IMG/VR virus record: IMGVR_UViG_3300035501_000350
Location: 55,918-119,917 of that record
Length of the DNA stretch: 64,000 nt
Origin: a virus
Lineage: Duplodnaviria > Caudoviricetes
Reading direction: 5' to 3' (one strand)
Below, in pieces: positions 28,994 through 41,100 of this stretch (positions within the stretch are counted from its first letter, which is position 1; each line of letters begins with the position of its first letter). The notes beneath the pieces are model-generated. The model was not told the origin of the DNA and made no database searches. It saw nothing but the letters and a program-made list of their open reading frames with translations. The translations under genes were made by a program, and so were the position numbers.

Positions 28994-29073
28994 GATAGAA
29001 GCCTAGGATAGCCCCTAGGCTTTTATTTTTTGGCCTATTAGGACATCATATTAATTCAAGGAGGTGTTCTTTT

Positions 29074-30402
29074 TTGAAATACGGATTTGAACCTGTAGGG
29101 GATAAGCGGGGATTAAGAAAACTTAATCCTGCAGATATAAGACGTTCTAAAACTCCTAAACTTATGAGAACAAGTGTTACATTGCCATCTCAATATCAAG
29201 CATATGCCGTATGCGTTGAGTTTGCTAAATCATGGTTTCTTGAGAAGTTTAAATCTAATTACTTTAACTCTGTCTATGTAGATGGAACGCATAGCTTTGA
29301 TGAATTTAGAAAGTTCTCTACAATAGACCAACAGATGAAGAGAGCTAATCCATTACTTGCTATAGTACCAACTATAGATATGACTCACAATAGACAATGG
29401 ATTGATTCTGCTCCAGAGATTCCTCTATTACTACGTAAAACTAGTATAGAAGATTCTTTCTTTAATGATAGAGAAAGAGGTTTATATATTCAGCTTATAT
29501 TTAAGACCATATTAATGAATTTCGTGTTTAGAGTTCGTGTAGATACTAGAGCAGAAGAATTAGATATGGTTGAATATATTAAACTTCATCATAGAGCCGG
29601 ATGGACAGAGAGCAGAGAGATAGCAATAGACATCCATGTTCCTAAACAGATTATCCTCCAGGTTGCTTTTGATAATGGATTTAAGATTACAGAGAATGGA
29701 GAAATAGAAGAACCAATTAAGTTATTGGAATATCTAAATTCACATTCTTATGTGCCGTTCCTCTATAAACTTCGTTGCTCTACTGGCAATAAAGAGTTCT
29801 TTATTAGAGTACCAAATTGTATGGCTCACATCAAAGCAGAATTACCCACATTCGATGAGGGTGAACGTCAAGATATGACAGTAATGAACTATATCGTAGA
29901 GTTCCAAGTTGAAATAGAAATGACTGCTCCATATTGTTATACGTATTATTCTCAGCATGATATGCCATATATCTTAAATGCTCCCACGTATAAGAACTAT
30001 GATAAGATCGCTGTCATGGCAGCAAAGACTACTAATATTCCTGCATTGGATGATCATGGTTGGGATCATTTTACTACAACAGAATACTCTGTTGATGATG
30101 AAGATCTTGATACTTGTATTGATATTCCATTTGCTGAATTCTTTGAAGGGCATGAGCTACAGAGATTGATTAATTACAATAAACAGATTCATGTATCTCC
30201 ATTTATATTTATGAACTTCATTATGTTTAATGGTGGAGATAGAGTAGAATATGATATGGATTGGGATACTATGATCTGTCATATTAAAACTCCAATAACC
30301 GATAACAATACAGTAATAGCAATATATTGTGACCGTAAATATATCAATGAAACTATAGTCTATTTGGATGAATTAGATAAGAAAACCGCTAGGGTCGAAT
30401 GA
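29074..30402 (+). CDS. probable virion structural protein
   Basis: 442 aa ORF, TTG start with AGGAGG, late-type promoter at 29043. Confidence 0.55.
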   Translation: MKYGFEPVGDKRGLRKLNPADIRRSKTPKLMRTSVTLPSQYQAYAVCVEFAKSWFLEKFKSNYFNSVYVDGTHSFDEFRKFSTIDQQMKRANPLLAIVPTIDMTHNRQWIDSAPEIPLLLRKTSIEDSFFNDRERGLYIQLIFKTILMNFVFRVRVDTRAEELDMVEYIKLHHRAGWTESREIAIDIHVPKQIILQVAFDNGFKITENGEIEEPIKLLEYLNSHSYVPFLYKLRCSTGNKEFFIRVPNCMAHIKAELPTFDEGERQDMTVMNYIVEFQVEIEMTAPYCYTYYSQHDMPYILNAPTYKNYDKIAVMAAKTTNIPALDDHGWDHFTTTEYSVDDEDLDTCIDIPFAEFFEGHELQRLINYNKQIHVSPFIFMNFIMFNGGDRVEYDMDWDTMICHIKTPITDNNTVIAIYCDRKYINETIVYLDELDKKTARVE

Positions 30403-30426
30403 CCCTAGCGTATTTCTTTTTTTTTT

Positions 30427-31662
30427 TTAGTAAGTAAGATTATTACTAATGAGATTATTGTTATAATATACTTGAGGAATGTATGTAGATATAAATCTAT
30501 TACCGGTAATGATACTATTAACAAACGCCCCATCAATTCTAAATCTACAAGCATCTAATACACAATCTCTCATAGTAGACTCTGTAGCAATCTTAAAATA
30601 GATATCACAATCAACAAACTGCACATTATCTAATACACAATTAGATCCAATATATATAGAGGCATGTTTGATGGTTAAATCTCGTAATTCTACGCCCTTA
30701 TCAAGCTTAATAGAATTAGCTTCAAATACGGTATTTACAATACCAGATCCACGAATGATTATTCTTCTATTAGTTCCAGTCTTTATATCAAAGTCTTCAA
30801 AAGTATAAATGCCAGATTTAAAAGAATACAATCCACGTCTATTATTATTGATAGTATCAATTATAACTTTGGTGTTTGTCTCATACTCTGAGCTTACTAC
30901 AGCATCACATGCAATTTCAGGGTATTTTTCTCCATAGCAACCAAAGATGTATTCCTCTAATTGATGATTGGCAATATCCTCTACTTTGCATCCTCCTATA
31001 GTAGCAGCATTACCACCATCTGCAGGAAGCTTAGAGGGTTTATTTTTTATGGCATTAATTGAACCATCTTCTGCGTTCCAGTCGAATCCTCCAAGGGTAA
31101 TAATCTTTACCAGTTGGTTCAATGCATTACGATCAGCATTAGTAAGATGAACAGAATCTTCAATATGGTCTTTAAGTTCTTCTTCTGTAGCCTTGGAAGC
31201 AAGAGCATTTGTAAGGCTTGCTAGGGAATCGTCTTCCTTAATAAGATAGCTCATATCTTTAAGCTTTGTTAACGCATTAGAATCATTTAAGATACGAGAG
31301 AACTGATCCGCATAATAGGTCTTAAGCTCTGTACGCAGTGCAGATATAGCAGTAACCAAATCAAGCTTAGATGCTTTAGCCTTGAAGATATCAATCTGTG
31401 CATCAGATAAAGTTCTATGATTAAAGTCTTCTTCTGTTGTAGAATCAGTAGTCTCTACAGAGAATTTTTCTGTAGTGACATTTCTATCATAATCTACTTG
31501 AGAATATACTTGACCAGATGTATATGCTAAAAATGCAGTGAAGTCTTCAAGCTGTTTAATAACAGATTCTACATATGCTACAGATGGGATTTTATAGTTG
31601 TTGTCTTTAGCGTCAAATTCTGTTTCTATAAGATTTTTATCTAATTCAAAAACATTAGCCAT
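30427..31662 (-). CDS. tail fibre/spike-like protein with C-terminal beta-helix
   Basis: LPADGGNAATIGG fibre motif; IIIRGSG followed by parallel beta-helix-like repeats. Confidence 0.6.
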   Translation of the reverse strand: MANVFELDKNLIETEFDAKDNNYKIPSVAYVESVIKQLEDFTAFLAYTSGQVYSQVDYDRNVTTEKFSVETTDSTTEEDFNHRTLSDAQIDIFKAKASKLDLVTAISALRTELKTYYADQFSRILNDSNALTKLKDMSYLIKEDDSLASLTNALASKATEEELKDHIEDSVHLTNADRNALNQLVKIITLGGFDWNAEDGSINAIKNKPSKLPADGGNAATIGGCKVEDIANHQLEEYIFGCYGEKYPEIACDAVVSSEYETNTKVIIDTINNNRRGLYSFKSGIYTFEDFDIKTGTNRRIIIRGSGIVNTVFEANSIKLDKGVELRDLTIKHASIYIGSNCVLDNVQFVDCDIYFKIATESTMRDCVLDACRFRIDGAFVNSIITGNRFISTYIPQVYYNNNLISNNLTY

Positions 31663-31787
31663 TAGTTGCTCCTCCTAAAAGTAATTTAACTAAATGTCAT
31701 AAATTGCGTACAAAGATATCTCTAGGGAATAGCCCTAGAGATACCAATGTATTTACAAAGTTAATAGCCATGCTTATAATAATTAAG

Positions 31788-32264
31788 CTAAGGATTAATA
31801 TTAGGATCTTCATTAGGAAGACTTCTTAAATCTTCCATAAACCCTGCGATAAAGGAGTTACCTCCTTCATCTTTATAATGCTCATACCGTCGCTCACAGC
31901 ATTCTAATGAATACGTGTCTATCCATTTCTGCTTGCAAAATTGATGATGCACTGATACAATGTATGCTTTTATATCATCCTTATCAGATCTTATTAGTAA
32001 GTCAATATTATCATTCATCTTATTAAGCATATCAAGATATGCTTTCTGCTGACTTTCAAGAGCTTCTATCCTCTTTTCTGTATCTTGGAGCTTCTTACCC
32101 ACATCGTCCATTATTGATTGATCAGCAGTATCTTTTTGGTACCATTTTCGTGTTCTTTCTTTGATCCAGTCCATAAACTCGATCAACCCTTTAACTGCAA
32201 TAGCGAATAGGACGATGCATAGGAAGATATCTCTCAGAGAGTATGTTGATAGCAAATCTACCAT
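31788..32264 (-). CDS. holin-like membrane protein
   Basis: N-terminal TM helix, coiled coil, YxxYKxEGGNS motif seen in Firmicute phage lysis-region proteins; GGAGG RBS before ATG at 32264. Confidence 0.6.
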   Translation of the reverse strand: MVDLLSTYSLRDIFLCIVLFAIAVKGLIEFMDWIKERTRKWYQKDTADQSIMDDVGKKLQDTEKRIEALESQQKAYLDMLNKMNDNIDLLIRSDKDDIKAYIVSVHHQFCKQKWIDTYSLECCERRYEHYKDEGGNSFIAGFMEDLRSLPNEDPNINP

Positions 32265-32423
32265 GATTATAGCCTCCGTCTTACATCGATAAAAAAATAT
32301 GCTATTGTCTTTGCTGGAAAGTATTTGCAAAACTAATAAGCGGACTATTACTTTTGTAAAGCGTGGCCGAGCGCTTTCGCACTTTAATCAAATGTTACAC
32401 TAAATGATAAAACAATATGCCAT

Positions 32424-33962
32424 TTATAGATTTACTTCAACACCCTCGATGATGATATTATCCTTAGATAGAGTAATTATATCTTTAGACTCTTCAGATT
32501 GTTCTGCCGCCGTAGGCATTATTCCATTCTTAGGCTTAATAGCAATTAACCCTAAACCATTAGCAGTAGTATCTATATCATCTACAGATAGATCATCCCA
32601 TTCTCTACCCTTATAGAAATAAGAGATATCATATAATGCATTTAGTTTAACAAACGTCTTTGGATAGTATGTTTTAGCATGGTATTCATCTATCAGTACA
32701 GTACGATACCGATATGTAAGTAAAGCATATTCTACAACTACAGGATGTTCTGTCTTTAATTGCTCTAATAGAAGATTAGCAAACCATTTTAGTTTATCTT
32801 CAGCTTCATCTGGGAAGAATTCCTTCTCTATTTTGATATAGAATCCTCTACCATATTCAGCTGTATTACCAGAGCACATTCCACAAACATCTTTATCTGT
32901 ATTGAGGATGGCACTAGATCTATCTATCTCAAAATGAGAACACATGATATTAGTTTTAGAGTTATTCTCTTTTAGATTTGGTTCAGGAGTAAATAACACA
33001 TAGCAATTATCATTACAGTACTCACTACAAATAGACCATGATTCATTACCTGTAAAAACTCTTCTACCAACTCTATAGATTAGATGGTGTCTTTGTTGTT
33101 CTGCATTGAGAATGAATGTATCTTTAGTTCCATCAGGTAGAGCTTTAAGATTATTCTTTAACAGAATCTCAAGATAGTTTAATCCATCTAATAGAGCTAT
33201 GCCACTCCATACGATATTATCTTCCTCTATTTCATCAATGCTCTTAGATCCAGTAGATTGATATGTTGAAGATGGTATTACGCCATCTTTAGGAATAATA
33301 GCTAAATACTCTAACTGTTTTTCTTTACTGGTAGATATTCCTATAGTGGATACAGATTGAACTACGTAAGGCATATCATCTGTATTGAATTCATCATCTA
33401 GAGTTACAGCATCTGATAATGATAAATTACGATATACTGTATTATCCTCACGGAGATCCATTAAAGATCCTTCCCATTCTTCTTGCTCATCATCACTTGG
33501 AATTACACCATCTAATGGTACAGCAGCATATGTGCTAGAGAAGTCTGTATGGGAAGCCGTATAAACACTAGTCTTACCATCTACAATAATCATATCCAGA
33601 TTATCATTTACAGTACCCGGTAGAGTAAATTCAACCAATCCAGATCTAAGTATTACAGATTGCTTATACAGGTTTATCATATATCTAGAATTGTTTATAA
33701 TAGCATATGCTAAGTGTGGGCTAATTATATATAGAGTATCTGTAGAAGATACCTCCATATATAGATCAAAGTAATATCTTTCATCATTTATATCAACAGC
33801 GTATATCCCTGGCTTCAATCCAGAGAATGTATTATTACCATCTATAATTTTTAATCTTGCAGTAATAGATTGGCCTAAAGAATGCTTCTTATTTACTGCA
33901 CATATTCTTCTATATTGCGTGTGGTTAGTATCATGAATAACGTGAGTTAATAAAGCACTCAT
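32424..33962 (-). CDS. virion/tail protein with internal repeats
   Basis: 512 aa; three AxxPxxGxxP modules. Confidence 0.55.
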   Translation of the reverse strand: MSALLTHVIHDTNHTQYRRICAVNKKHSLGQSITARLKIIDGNNTFSGLKPGIYAVDINDERYYFDLYMEVSSTDTLYIISPHLAYAIINNSRYMINLYKQSVILRSGLVEFTLPGTVNDNLDMIIVDGKTSVYTASHTDFSSTYAAVPLDGVIPSDDEQEEWEGSLMDLREDNTVYRNLSLSDAVTLDDEFNTDDMPYVVQSVSTIGISTSKEKQLEYLAIIPKDGVIPSSTYQSTGSKSIDEIEEDNIVWSGIALLDGLNYLEILLKNNLKALPDGTKDTFILNAEQQRHHLIYRVGRRVFTGNESWSICSEYCNDNCYVLFTPEPNLKENNSKTNIMCSHFEIDRSSAILNTDKDVCGMCSGNTAEYGRGFYIKIEKEFFPDEAEDKLKWFANLLLEQLKTEHPVVVEYALLTYRYRTVLIDEYHAKTYYPKTFVKLNALYDISYFYKGREWDDLSVDDIDTTANGLGLIAIKPKNGIMPTAAEQSEESKDIITLSKDNIIIEGVEVNL

Positions 33963-34489
33963 TGTGTAATTACAGTCCTATTCCAAATAAATTTATCATC
34001 TCCAGTGATAGATCCATATACGAAAGTATATAGATAGTATTGATTAGCGCTTCTTGTTACATAGAAGAAATCAATACTATATTCACTGTTATCCGGCAAT
34101 GTCAATTCTTCCGTACTTAAAACCACACCGCAGCATCCATTATATATATTATTGATATTTAGAGTCGTTACCCCACCTTCAGGGATAGTAATCTTATCTG
34201 TTTCAGAAAAATCCCATTGACCATCTGTGACTTCTATAAAACCATAATACTGGTCTGCTGTTTCACCCTTCTCACCACGCTCAACAATACATTGCCAATA
34301 TAGCTCTGAATCATCTTGCCCTACAGGTAAAACTCCAATAACATCAGCATTATCATCTAAAGTATCTTGATTAATTAGAAGATATGATCCTCCATTATAT
34401 GCTACCAGGTCTAAAAACCGATATGAAGTAGCGGGGTTGTAATTGCCACATGGTCTAACTCTAAAAGGCCCAAGACCATAATCAGCCAT
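33959..34489 (-). CDS. tail-associated protein with CBM5/12-like motif
   Basis: GNYNPATSYRFLDLVAYNGGSY...YWQ. Confidence 0.55.
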   Translation of the reverse strand: MADYGLGPFRVRPCGNYNPATSYRFLDLVAYNGGSYLLINQDTLDDNADVIGVLPVGQDDSELYWQCIVERGEKGETADQYYGFIEVTDGQWDFSETDKITIPEGGVTTLNINNIYNGCCGVVLSTEELTLPDNSEYSIDFFYVTRSANQYYLYTFVYGSITGDDKFIWNRTVITQ

Positions 34490-34559
34490 TTTAACGACCT
34501 CCTTTGAAAATCAATTTATAAGAATGTTGAGGCGGGGAAAAATCCCCGCCTCTACTATC

Positions 34560-34982
34560 TTACTGCGTTGTAGTGGAATTAATTGTATCAGAGCTTACAA
34601 CAATGGTGCTGGGAGTTGTTGCCGCAGCCTCTCCATTCTTCATACTGTCATATGATTTCTGAGCGATAGCTTGAATCTCTGTTTCTGTCATATCAATACC
34701 ATATCTCTCAGCAATAATAGATAGCTGCTCAACTACCTCTTCCATTTTTTCTTTGCCGGTTTTATCCTGCATGAACTGTCTAGCCCATGCGACAAACATA
34801 TCAGCATATTTAACAATGAAATCCATTTTAGAGATAGCATCAGCAATGGTTTCAGTAACCTCAGTAACAACAGTATTATTACTTCCAAGATACTTACCAA
34901 ACAGGAAACAGCATACCATAAATAAAACTTCAGCTAATAATTTAACAATATCAGTAGCCATTCTATAACTCTCCTTAAACAT
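34560..34982 (-). CDS. phage holin, LL-H-like
   Basis: N-terminal TM; GKEKMEEV...GIDMTETEIQAI. Confidence 0.65.
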   Translation of the reverse strand: MFKESYRMATDIVKLLAEVLFMVCCFLFGKYLGSNNTVVTEVTETIADAISKMDFIVKYADMFVAWARQFMQDKTGKEKMEEVVEQLSIIAERYGIDMTETEIQAIAQKSYDSMKNGEAAATTPSTIVVSSDTINSTTTQ

Positions 34983-34987
34983 TTTAT

Positions 34988-35584
34988 TTACCCTACAGAA
35001 CCGGCATCATCATTACTATTGAGAGTTTCCAGTTTAGGATCCTCTACAACAATAGAAGTAGACCCAGATGTAGTGGTAGTTGTTGTAGTGACGGTAGTTC
35101 CACTACCATCATTACCGCTAAGAACAGAACCAATTTTAGAACTAATATGCTGGTTTAATAAATCACTTGTTTCTTTTGATATGCTTCCAGAAGTATTATT
35201 GCCATTGCCATACTCTGCTTTGGAATCGAAGTATGCTCTAATCATATATACTAATGCTGTACCAATAATGGTAACGCATACTTGCTTAGATAGATCCTCT
35301 GCTATCTGTATTTTATCTAAGAATGCGAGTACATAACTAAGCTGGAGATCTATAAGCGCTGTAACTACAATGAGAGCAACAAGAGCCTTGGTAAATGTAT
35401 CTACTTTGATGCTTTTAATCTGTTCACGAAATGTACGACGTTCAATCGCATTTTTAAGACGTCTTTCATAGCGAGCTTTCTTAGCTTCTTCTGGAAGTCT
35501 CATGGTAAATACACCTCTCTTTTTAATAGATTTTACTATCGTGTTCGATATTCTCCAGGCTGAACATTTTGGTAAAATACTCAA
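34988..35584 (-). CDS. two-TM membrane protein
   Basis: Two hydrophobic helices; probable start MRLPEE. Confidence 0.6.
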   Translation of the reverse strand: MSILPKCSAWRISNTIVKSIKKRGVFTMRLPEEAKKARYERRLKNAIERRTFREQIKSIKVDTFTKALVALIVVTALIDLQLSYVLAFLDKIQIAEDLSKQVCVTIIGTALVYMIRAYFDSKAEYGNGNNTSGSISKETSDLLNQHISSKIGSVLSGNDGSGTTVTTTTTTTSGSTSIVVEDPKLETLNSNDDAGSVG

Positions 35585-35596
35585 GGAGGGTTACAA

Positions 35597-37135
35597 ATGG
35601 CTACAAACAATTATAACGACCAATTTGAGCTTGGTCGTATTCCTCTTAAGCCTTTAGCATATAGTAGTAAGAATCTTGCTAGTACTAATGAACTCATAGT
35701 AGATTACTCTGGAGATAATCCTACATACAGAATATATATCTCTGATAAAGATGATGTAAGTAAACTCCATGATCTTACATATGAGATTGCTCAGGATATT
35801 ATTAATTCTGATATATCTGCTGATCCTAGCAAATTGAAGATTGATCTTGAGGGTGTAGATGAGCCTGAGGATCTTAAGTTTCTTATGAATTTCATTTATA
35901 AGAGGTTAATATATGCTGAAAATGCTAATGGATTTAGATACGATAGAGATATAACTAAAGTATTAGATGAGACATCAAAGAATACATTACTTACCAATAC
36001 AGATGGAACTATTATATTACCTGTAACAACAACAGATAATGTTCTAGATAAGTCTGGGCAGACTATATCTGATCGTCTTGCTAATATGGTTAGCACTGGC
36101 ATTAACCATTATACTATTACACCAGAAGTAGATTCTCAAGCAGAGTTTGATATTACTCTACCATATTCTAACTATGATGGATATCTTGAAATTTATGTGG
36201 ATGGATTATTAATTCCTGAAGATGATTATACATCTACTGTAGATGAAGATGATAATGAGATTCTTGTAGTATCGTTAACTAATAATGATCTTATCAATAG
36301 TATTACTACAGAATCTAAGATTCATGTTGTATTCATCTACAATACTCTTATGACTGGAACTGGAAGATATGAAAAGCTTAATGGCGCTAGTATATCTAAT
36401 AACTCTATTAGCACTAGAAAACTTGCGAGAGTATCTGACTCTTATACCTTTAACAATAAGAATACTGTTGCTACGTCTGCGGCTGTGTACAATCTCTATA
36501 CTTATGTGGCTGATAAATTAGATGGTTCTGCAGACAATATGATTTATGCATTAGACTCCTCTACTGATAATGGCACTATTATTATATCTACATCTAAGGA
36601 TTTTGTTAATGATACTGAGCCATTTATTGTTGAGGTTGCTCTGCATAGCAATAAACTATCTGAAGTAGTATTAATGATTCAATCTACAACCACTGTTACT
36701 ACAGAATCTAATACAGAAGAAACTACAGATGAAGGAGATGCTGCTGTTATTAGTGATGATTCTGATACATCTGAAGTTGCAACAACCAATGTATATGATT
36801 TAGTATATCCAGATGGAACCAGATTAACCAGAGGATTGTCTGCAAATAGAGTAATGAAGCTCATGATTCTTAATGAATATAATGAAGCAGTAATTATCTC
36901 TTCTGGTATGAATGCTCCTAAGAGCACTAGGTATATTTATACATGCGCTGATAGAGAAACAGATATTCCTTATTCGGCATTAGATCATAATACAGATGAT
37001 CTTATCAATGTATATCGTAATGGAGTTAGATTATTTGAAGATTTGGATTATTACATTGATACGGTTAATGAATTCATAACTCTATTTGAACGTACAGAAA
37101 AAGATGAGAAGATTATATTTGAAGCATTGAGCTGA
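35597..37135 (+). CDS. virion structural protein
   Basis: IYVDGLL and VYRNGVRL..DY motifs; late-type promoter at 35564. Confidence 0.6.
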   Translation: MATNNYNDQFELGRIPLKPLAYSSKNLASTNELIVDYSGDNPTYRIYISDKDDVSKLHDLTYEIAQDIINSDISADPSKLKIDLEGVDEPEDLKFLMNFIYKRLIYAENANGFRYDRDITKVLDETSKNTLLTNTDGTIILPVTTTDNVLDKSGQTISDRLANMVSTGINHYTITPEVDSQAEFDITLPYSNYDGYLEIYVDGLLIPEDDYTSTVDEDDNEILVVSLTNNDLINSITTESKIHVVFIYNTLMTGTGRYEKLNGASISNNSISTRKLARVSDSYTFNNKNTVATSAAVYNLYTYVADKLDGSADNMIYALDSSTDNGTIIISTSKDFVNDTEPFIVEVALHSNKLSEVVLMIQSTTTVTTESNTEETTDEGDAAVISDDSDTSEVATTNVYDLVYPDGTRLTRGLSANRVMKLMILNEYNEAVIISSGMNAPKSTRYIYTCADRETDIPYSALDHNTDDLINVYRNGVRLFEDLDYYIDTVNEFITLFERTEKDEKIIFEALS

Positions 37136-37144
37136 CTACAATTA

Positions 37145-37170
37145 CCCCAGGTGGATTTAACCACCTGGGG
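37145..37170. terminator. bidirectional hairpin terminator
   Basis: CCCCAGGTGG-ATTTAA-CCACCTGGGG between convergent genes. Confidence 0.75.
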
Positions 37171-37182
37171 ATTGTGTTTCGC

Positions 37183-38139
37183 TTAGAAGTACAGAGTATA
37201 GAGTAAGCTTACACTCTTAGATGTAGTACTGAGAATCTCGTTAGGGATATTGACTAAACTAAATGGTCTAATATCTTGGAAATCCTCAATCTCATAAGTA
37301 CTCATACTACCAGTTCTATTAAGCTTAGTAACTTCAGTAGTCTTAGTCCATGCTGTTACTAAAGAGATCTGATTGATCTTAGCATTCTCAAGACCTTTAT
37401 GAGTAATAAAATAATCACGGCAATCATCTTTAGTAATCTTCAAGTGAAGCTCTACATAAGACTGTGCTTTATCTGCAGATGCAGTATTAGAGTATACAGT
37501 CTCTGGAGTAACAGTATCAGAAAAGCTACCAATAGAGGTAACAAAGTTCTGTACTAAGTTAGGAGTATTAGAAAACCCCTTAAAGTAATATGCTACTCTG
37601 TTCTGCCCATTAGATAAAGTGAGACTCTTCTTACCGTGGTACACGTCTTCAGGAACATCATCTGCGCTAGCAAGAGGATATCTAAAGGGCACCAGATTAT
37701 CAGGAGTGATCCACTCGCAATAATTAACAGAGAATACATCAGAAGGATCTAATCCAGCCCCTCCCTGTCCAACACAGAAGCCAATAATCTTACGCTGAGA
37801 TTCATCAGGAATAGAACCAATGGTATTACCATCATTATCCTTGATGATTGCTGTGGGATATGTAGTACCACTAGCAGCATTATCTAAGCTAAGAATGCTA
37901 TCATATGTTGGTGTGGCATCAAGACAGTTACGATCAAGATCAAATGCTTTCATAGCCATGAATGCAGATCCAGCAATAACAGTCTTATTATGCAGAGGGC
38001 CAAAGATCAACTCTCCAGCATCATTATAAACTTCAATCTTGCTATTAACACGCTGAACACTATGATCTATAGGATTAGTATTAAGATTTACGTTATCGTT
38101 AGGTCTATAATATTCAGGTATATGCATTATCTTATCCAT
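37183..38139 (-). CDS. virion structural (baseplate-like) protein
   Basis: 318 aa ORF overlapping the stop of the 1941 aa gene. Confidence 0.55.
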   Translation of the reverse strand: MDKIMHIPEYYRPNDNVNLNTNPIDHSVQRVNSKIEVYNDAGELIFGPLHNKTVIAGSAFMAMKAFDLDRNCLDATPTYDSILSLDNAASGTTYPTAIIKDNDGNTIGSIPDESQRKIIGFCVGQGGAGLDPSDVFSVNYCEWITPDNLVPFRYPLASADDVPEDVYHGKKSLTLSNGQNRVAYYFKGFSNTPNLVQNFVTSIGSFSDTVTPETVYSNTASADKAQSYVELHLKITKDDCRDYFITHKGLENAKINQISLVTAWTKTTEVTKLNRTGSMSTYEIEDFQDIRPFSLVNIPNEILSTTSKSVSLLYTLYF

Positions 38140-41100
38140 CTAACAAATCCCTCCATTCTATATAATCGCCTGTAAGATGATTAATCTCATCTATAACCTG
38201 CGCAGGATAAACAGATTGGTCATCTTCATCTGTGGTTATAATCATATCATTACCATTCTCATATCTAAATCCAGCATTAGACGACGAGATAGTAAGTATA
38301 TTATCATCTGTATTAACAATGATTCCATCATCATCAAATATAAGATGAAGCATGGTGTTATTATCAGTGTACTCAATTCTGCTTCCAGATCTAGAAATGA
38401 TTCTTATTCTATCCCTTGGAGCTAAATGCTCATTTGCTTCCATTACAGGATCGCATAGATCATATAGATCAGTATACTTTGTCCCTGATACATTAGTACC
38501 ATCCAATGGATTTACTTTAACTGTATCATGGATATAAGCATTACCCTTAAGAAAATCAATTCTTATCTTAGGATCTTTAGTCTCTAAAGCCCTAACAGTA
38601 TTCTCAAATCCATCTCCAAGCTTATATACAGTGTTGATACCAAGTAAGTGAACCTTCCAAGATTTAAACCAGTTTATAAGCTTAGTGATATACTGCTGAA
38701 TGTAGTTAGCACTCACTGCAGGGAAGTAGGAATATAAGAATCCATATGAGTATGTATCAATGTAAGTATCAAGAGCATAAGTAACTTCAATGATCTCATT
38801 TGCTATCTCTGAGTGCATCGCATCTGGATCAAGAGTTTTAAATCTACTAAGACGTGCATAGAGAACAGCATCGCGATTCTCTAGAAATTCAGTATACGTT
38901 TTAGCATATGTATCTTCTCCAATTTTAAATGCTTCCTTATTGTATTTAGAGGTCATAAGAGAATCATACAGCTTCTTGTATATCTGGTACTTTCTATAAT
39001 CGCTTTCATTAGCCATCAATTCGCAAAGATATTTATAGATGGCTTCATTGGTATTATACAATCTCATGAGAGTATCATAAGAAGTAATATCTTGAGCAAT
39101 GAAATTATCAGAGTAAGCCTTTACGAATTTGATATTACTTACGATTACCATATCACCAACACTAATTGGGAAATTATCAAAATCGTAAATAATAAATCTT
39201 ATTTCAGGATGCTCTATTTCATTAGCCACAAACACATGGGATACATAGAACTTCTCTCCTCTAGAGACTTCATAGATTCTATCATTAATAGAACTAACAG
39301 AATCATCTGCTGTATTATAGATTTGAATCTTACCAGTGAAGTTCGTCTCTACATAGAAAGACATGTAATATTTATTACCCTTCTCTAGAGCCACATCTCC
39401 AATGTAAGCAGATGATTCCATATAGAATCCAGAGCCTACAGGATCAGATTCTTTCTCTTCTGTTTCAGCAGATACGCTTCCGGGTTTATGATAGTACCAA
39501 GTGTTCTCTCCAGACATAGCGCTATATTCTTCATCTACATCTCCAGGAGGATAATAGAACCAGTCATTCTCATCCCATACATTGTCTGTTACTTCAGGGT
39601 TATACTTACCAATTTCATATAGCTCATTAGCATCAGAAGAAGTAATGGCTCTATTAAATACAACAACCATCATCTGAGTTTCAGCATATGTTGCATTATT
39701 CAGTAAGGCAGTGACATACTCAGGATCACTATTATAAACAAATCTCTTTACAGGATCTTCTGTTATAATATATTCATAACCCCGAAGTTCTAATACATCG
39801 TAATCATTATCGCCACGGAGGATCAATACTTTAGTTGCGCCTTTGGTGGAAGAATACATGAGATAAGAAGCAAAGTTCTTTACCACAAGAGCATATACTC
39901 CATCAGAGTTCATATAGTAACAGTTGTTAGGAGACAGCAATTCATCTTCAGGAATATAGGTCTTAGTAGCAGGGTCATAAATATACAACTCGCTAGAGAT
40001 ATTCCACTTATTCTCTTGGTATACGTCATTAAGTTTTCTAAAATAACGAACCTCACCATCAAGAGTAGTATCAGATATTTCTGTATCATAATCTACTTTA
40101 ATATATGTATCCTCAGGGTAATACTCTACAGATATATTCTCTCCATTTGTTTTACGCTTAGTATAATAGTCTGTATCAATGTATTGAACAAAGTGGCCAT
40201 CCTCATGTCTTATCCAGCAATCATCTTCAGATACATTAAAGTCTATATGGCTTGCGGCTATTACGTATCTTACGTATTGCTGAACTCCATTGATGGTTAC
40301 TAAAACATATGCTTGCTCTGGATCAAGACTCCATGTACTATCATCATTTTGAATCCAATAATTACCGAAGATTAATAACCTCTTATCAGGATTATTAGGA
40401 TCTTCCGTAAAGAACTTTTCATCTGTAATTTCAGAATACTCTCCAGTTACATCATTTTTCTCATAATAAGCATCAGCAGAGAATATGTATCTATTGTATT
40501 CATCAATGATAGATATCTTCTTATCAAAGAGTTTATCCATAACGCCAGTATTATAGTTATAATAATAAACTACATCGCTAGATCTGACGTAATTTCCATA
40601 ATCATCTTTAGTATAAAGATAGAATATAGAATGATTAGAACCATCTGTAAAATACGTATAGATGTATTGATCCATAATGTATGCATAATCATCTACAGAA
40701 AATGCAACACCATTTCTTAAATCAATTACTTCTAACCATGCATTATCAACTAAGATATATGAATGCTCATATCCATCTAGATCATTTTCAAAATCTCTTG
40801 TATAGAGAATAAGATCATATGCAGATTTAATATTCTGGTTATATGGTAGTGGGTATACGTTATCTTTAAATATATCTTTCTGGTAATAAGAGTTATTTAA
40901 AGAGAAGAATTGTCTAAACGTAATGTCTGTACCATCAACAACAATATCGTCTAAACTCATCTGAGCATTCTCTTGTAGCCATGCATCTAACTCGTCTATA
41001 TCAGCACTAAGATTGAAAGATCTGATATTGTAATCTGCAAATGCCTCTTGATAATCATAACCATCCTCAGCAATGCGAGTATTAATATCAAAGATATTCT

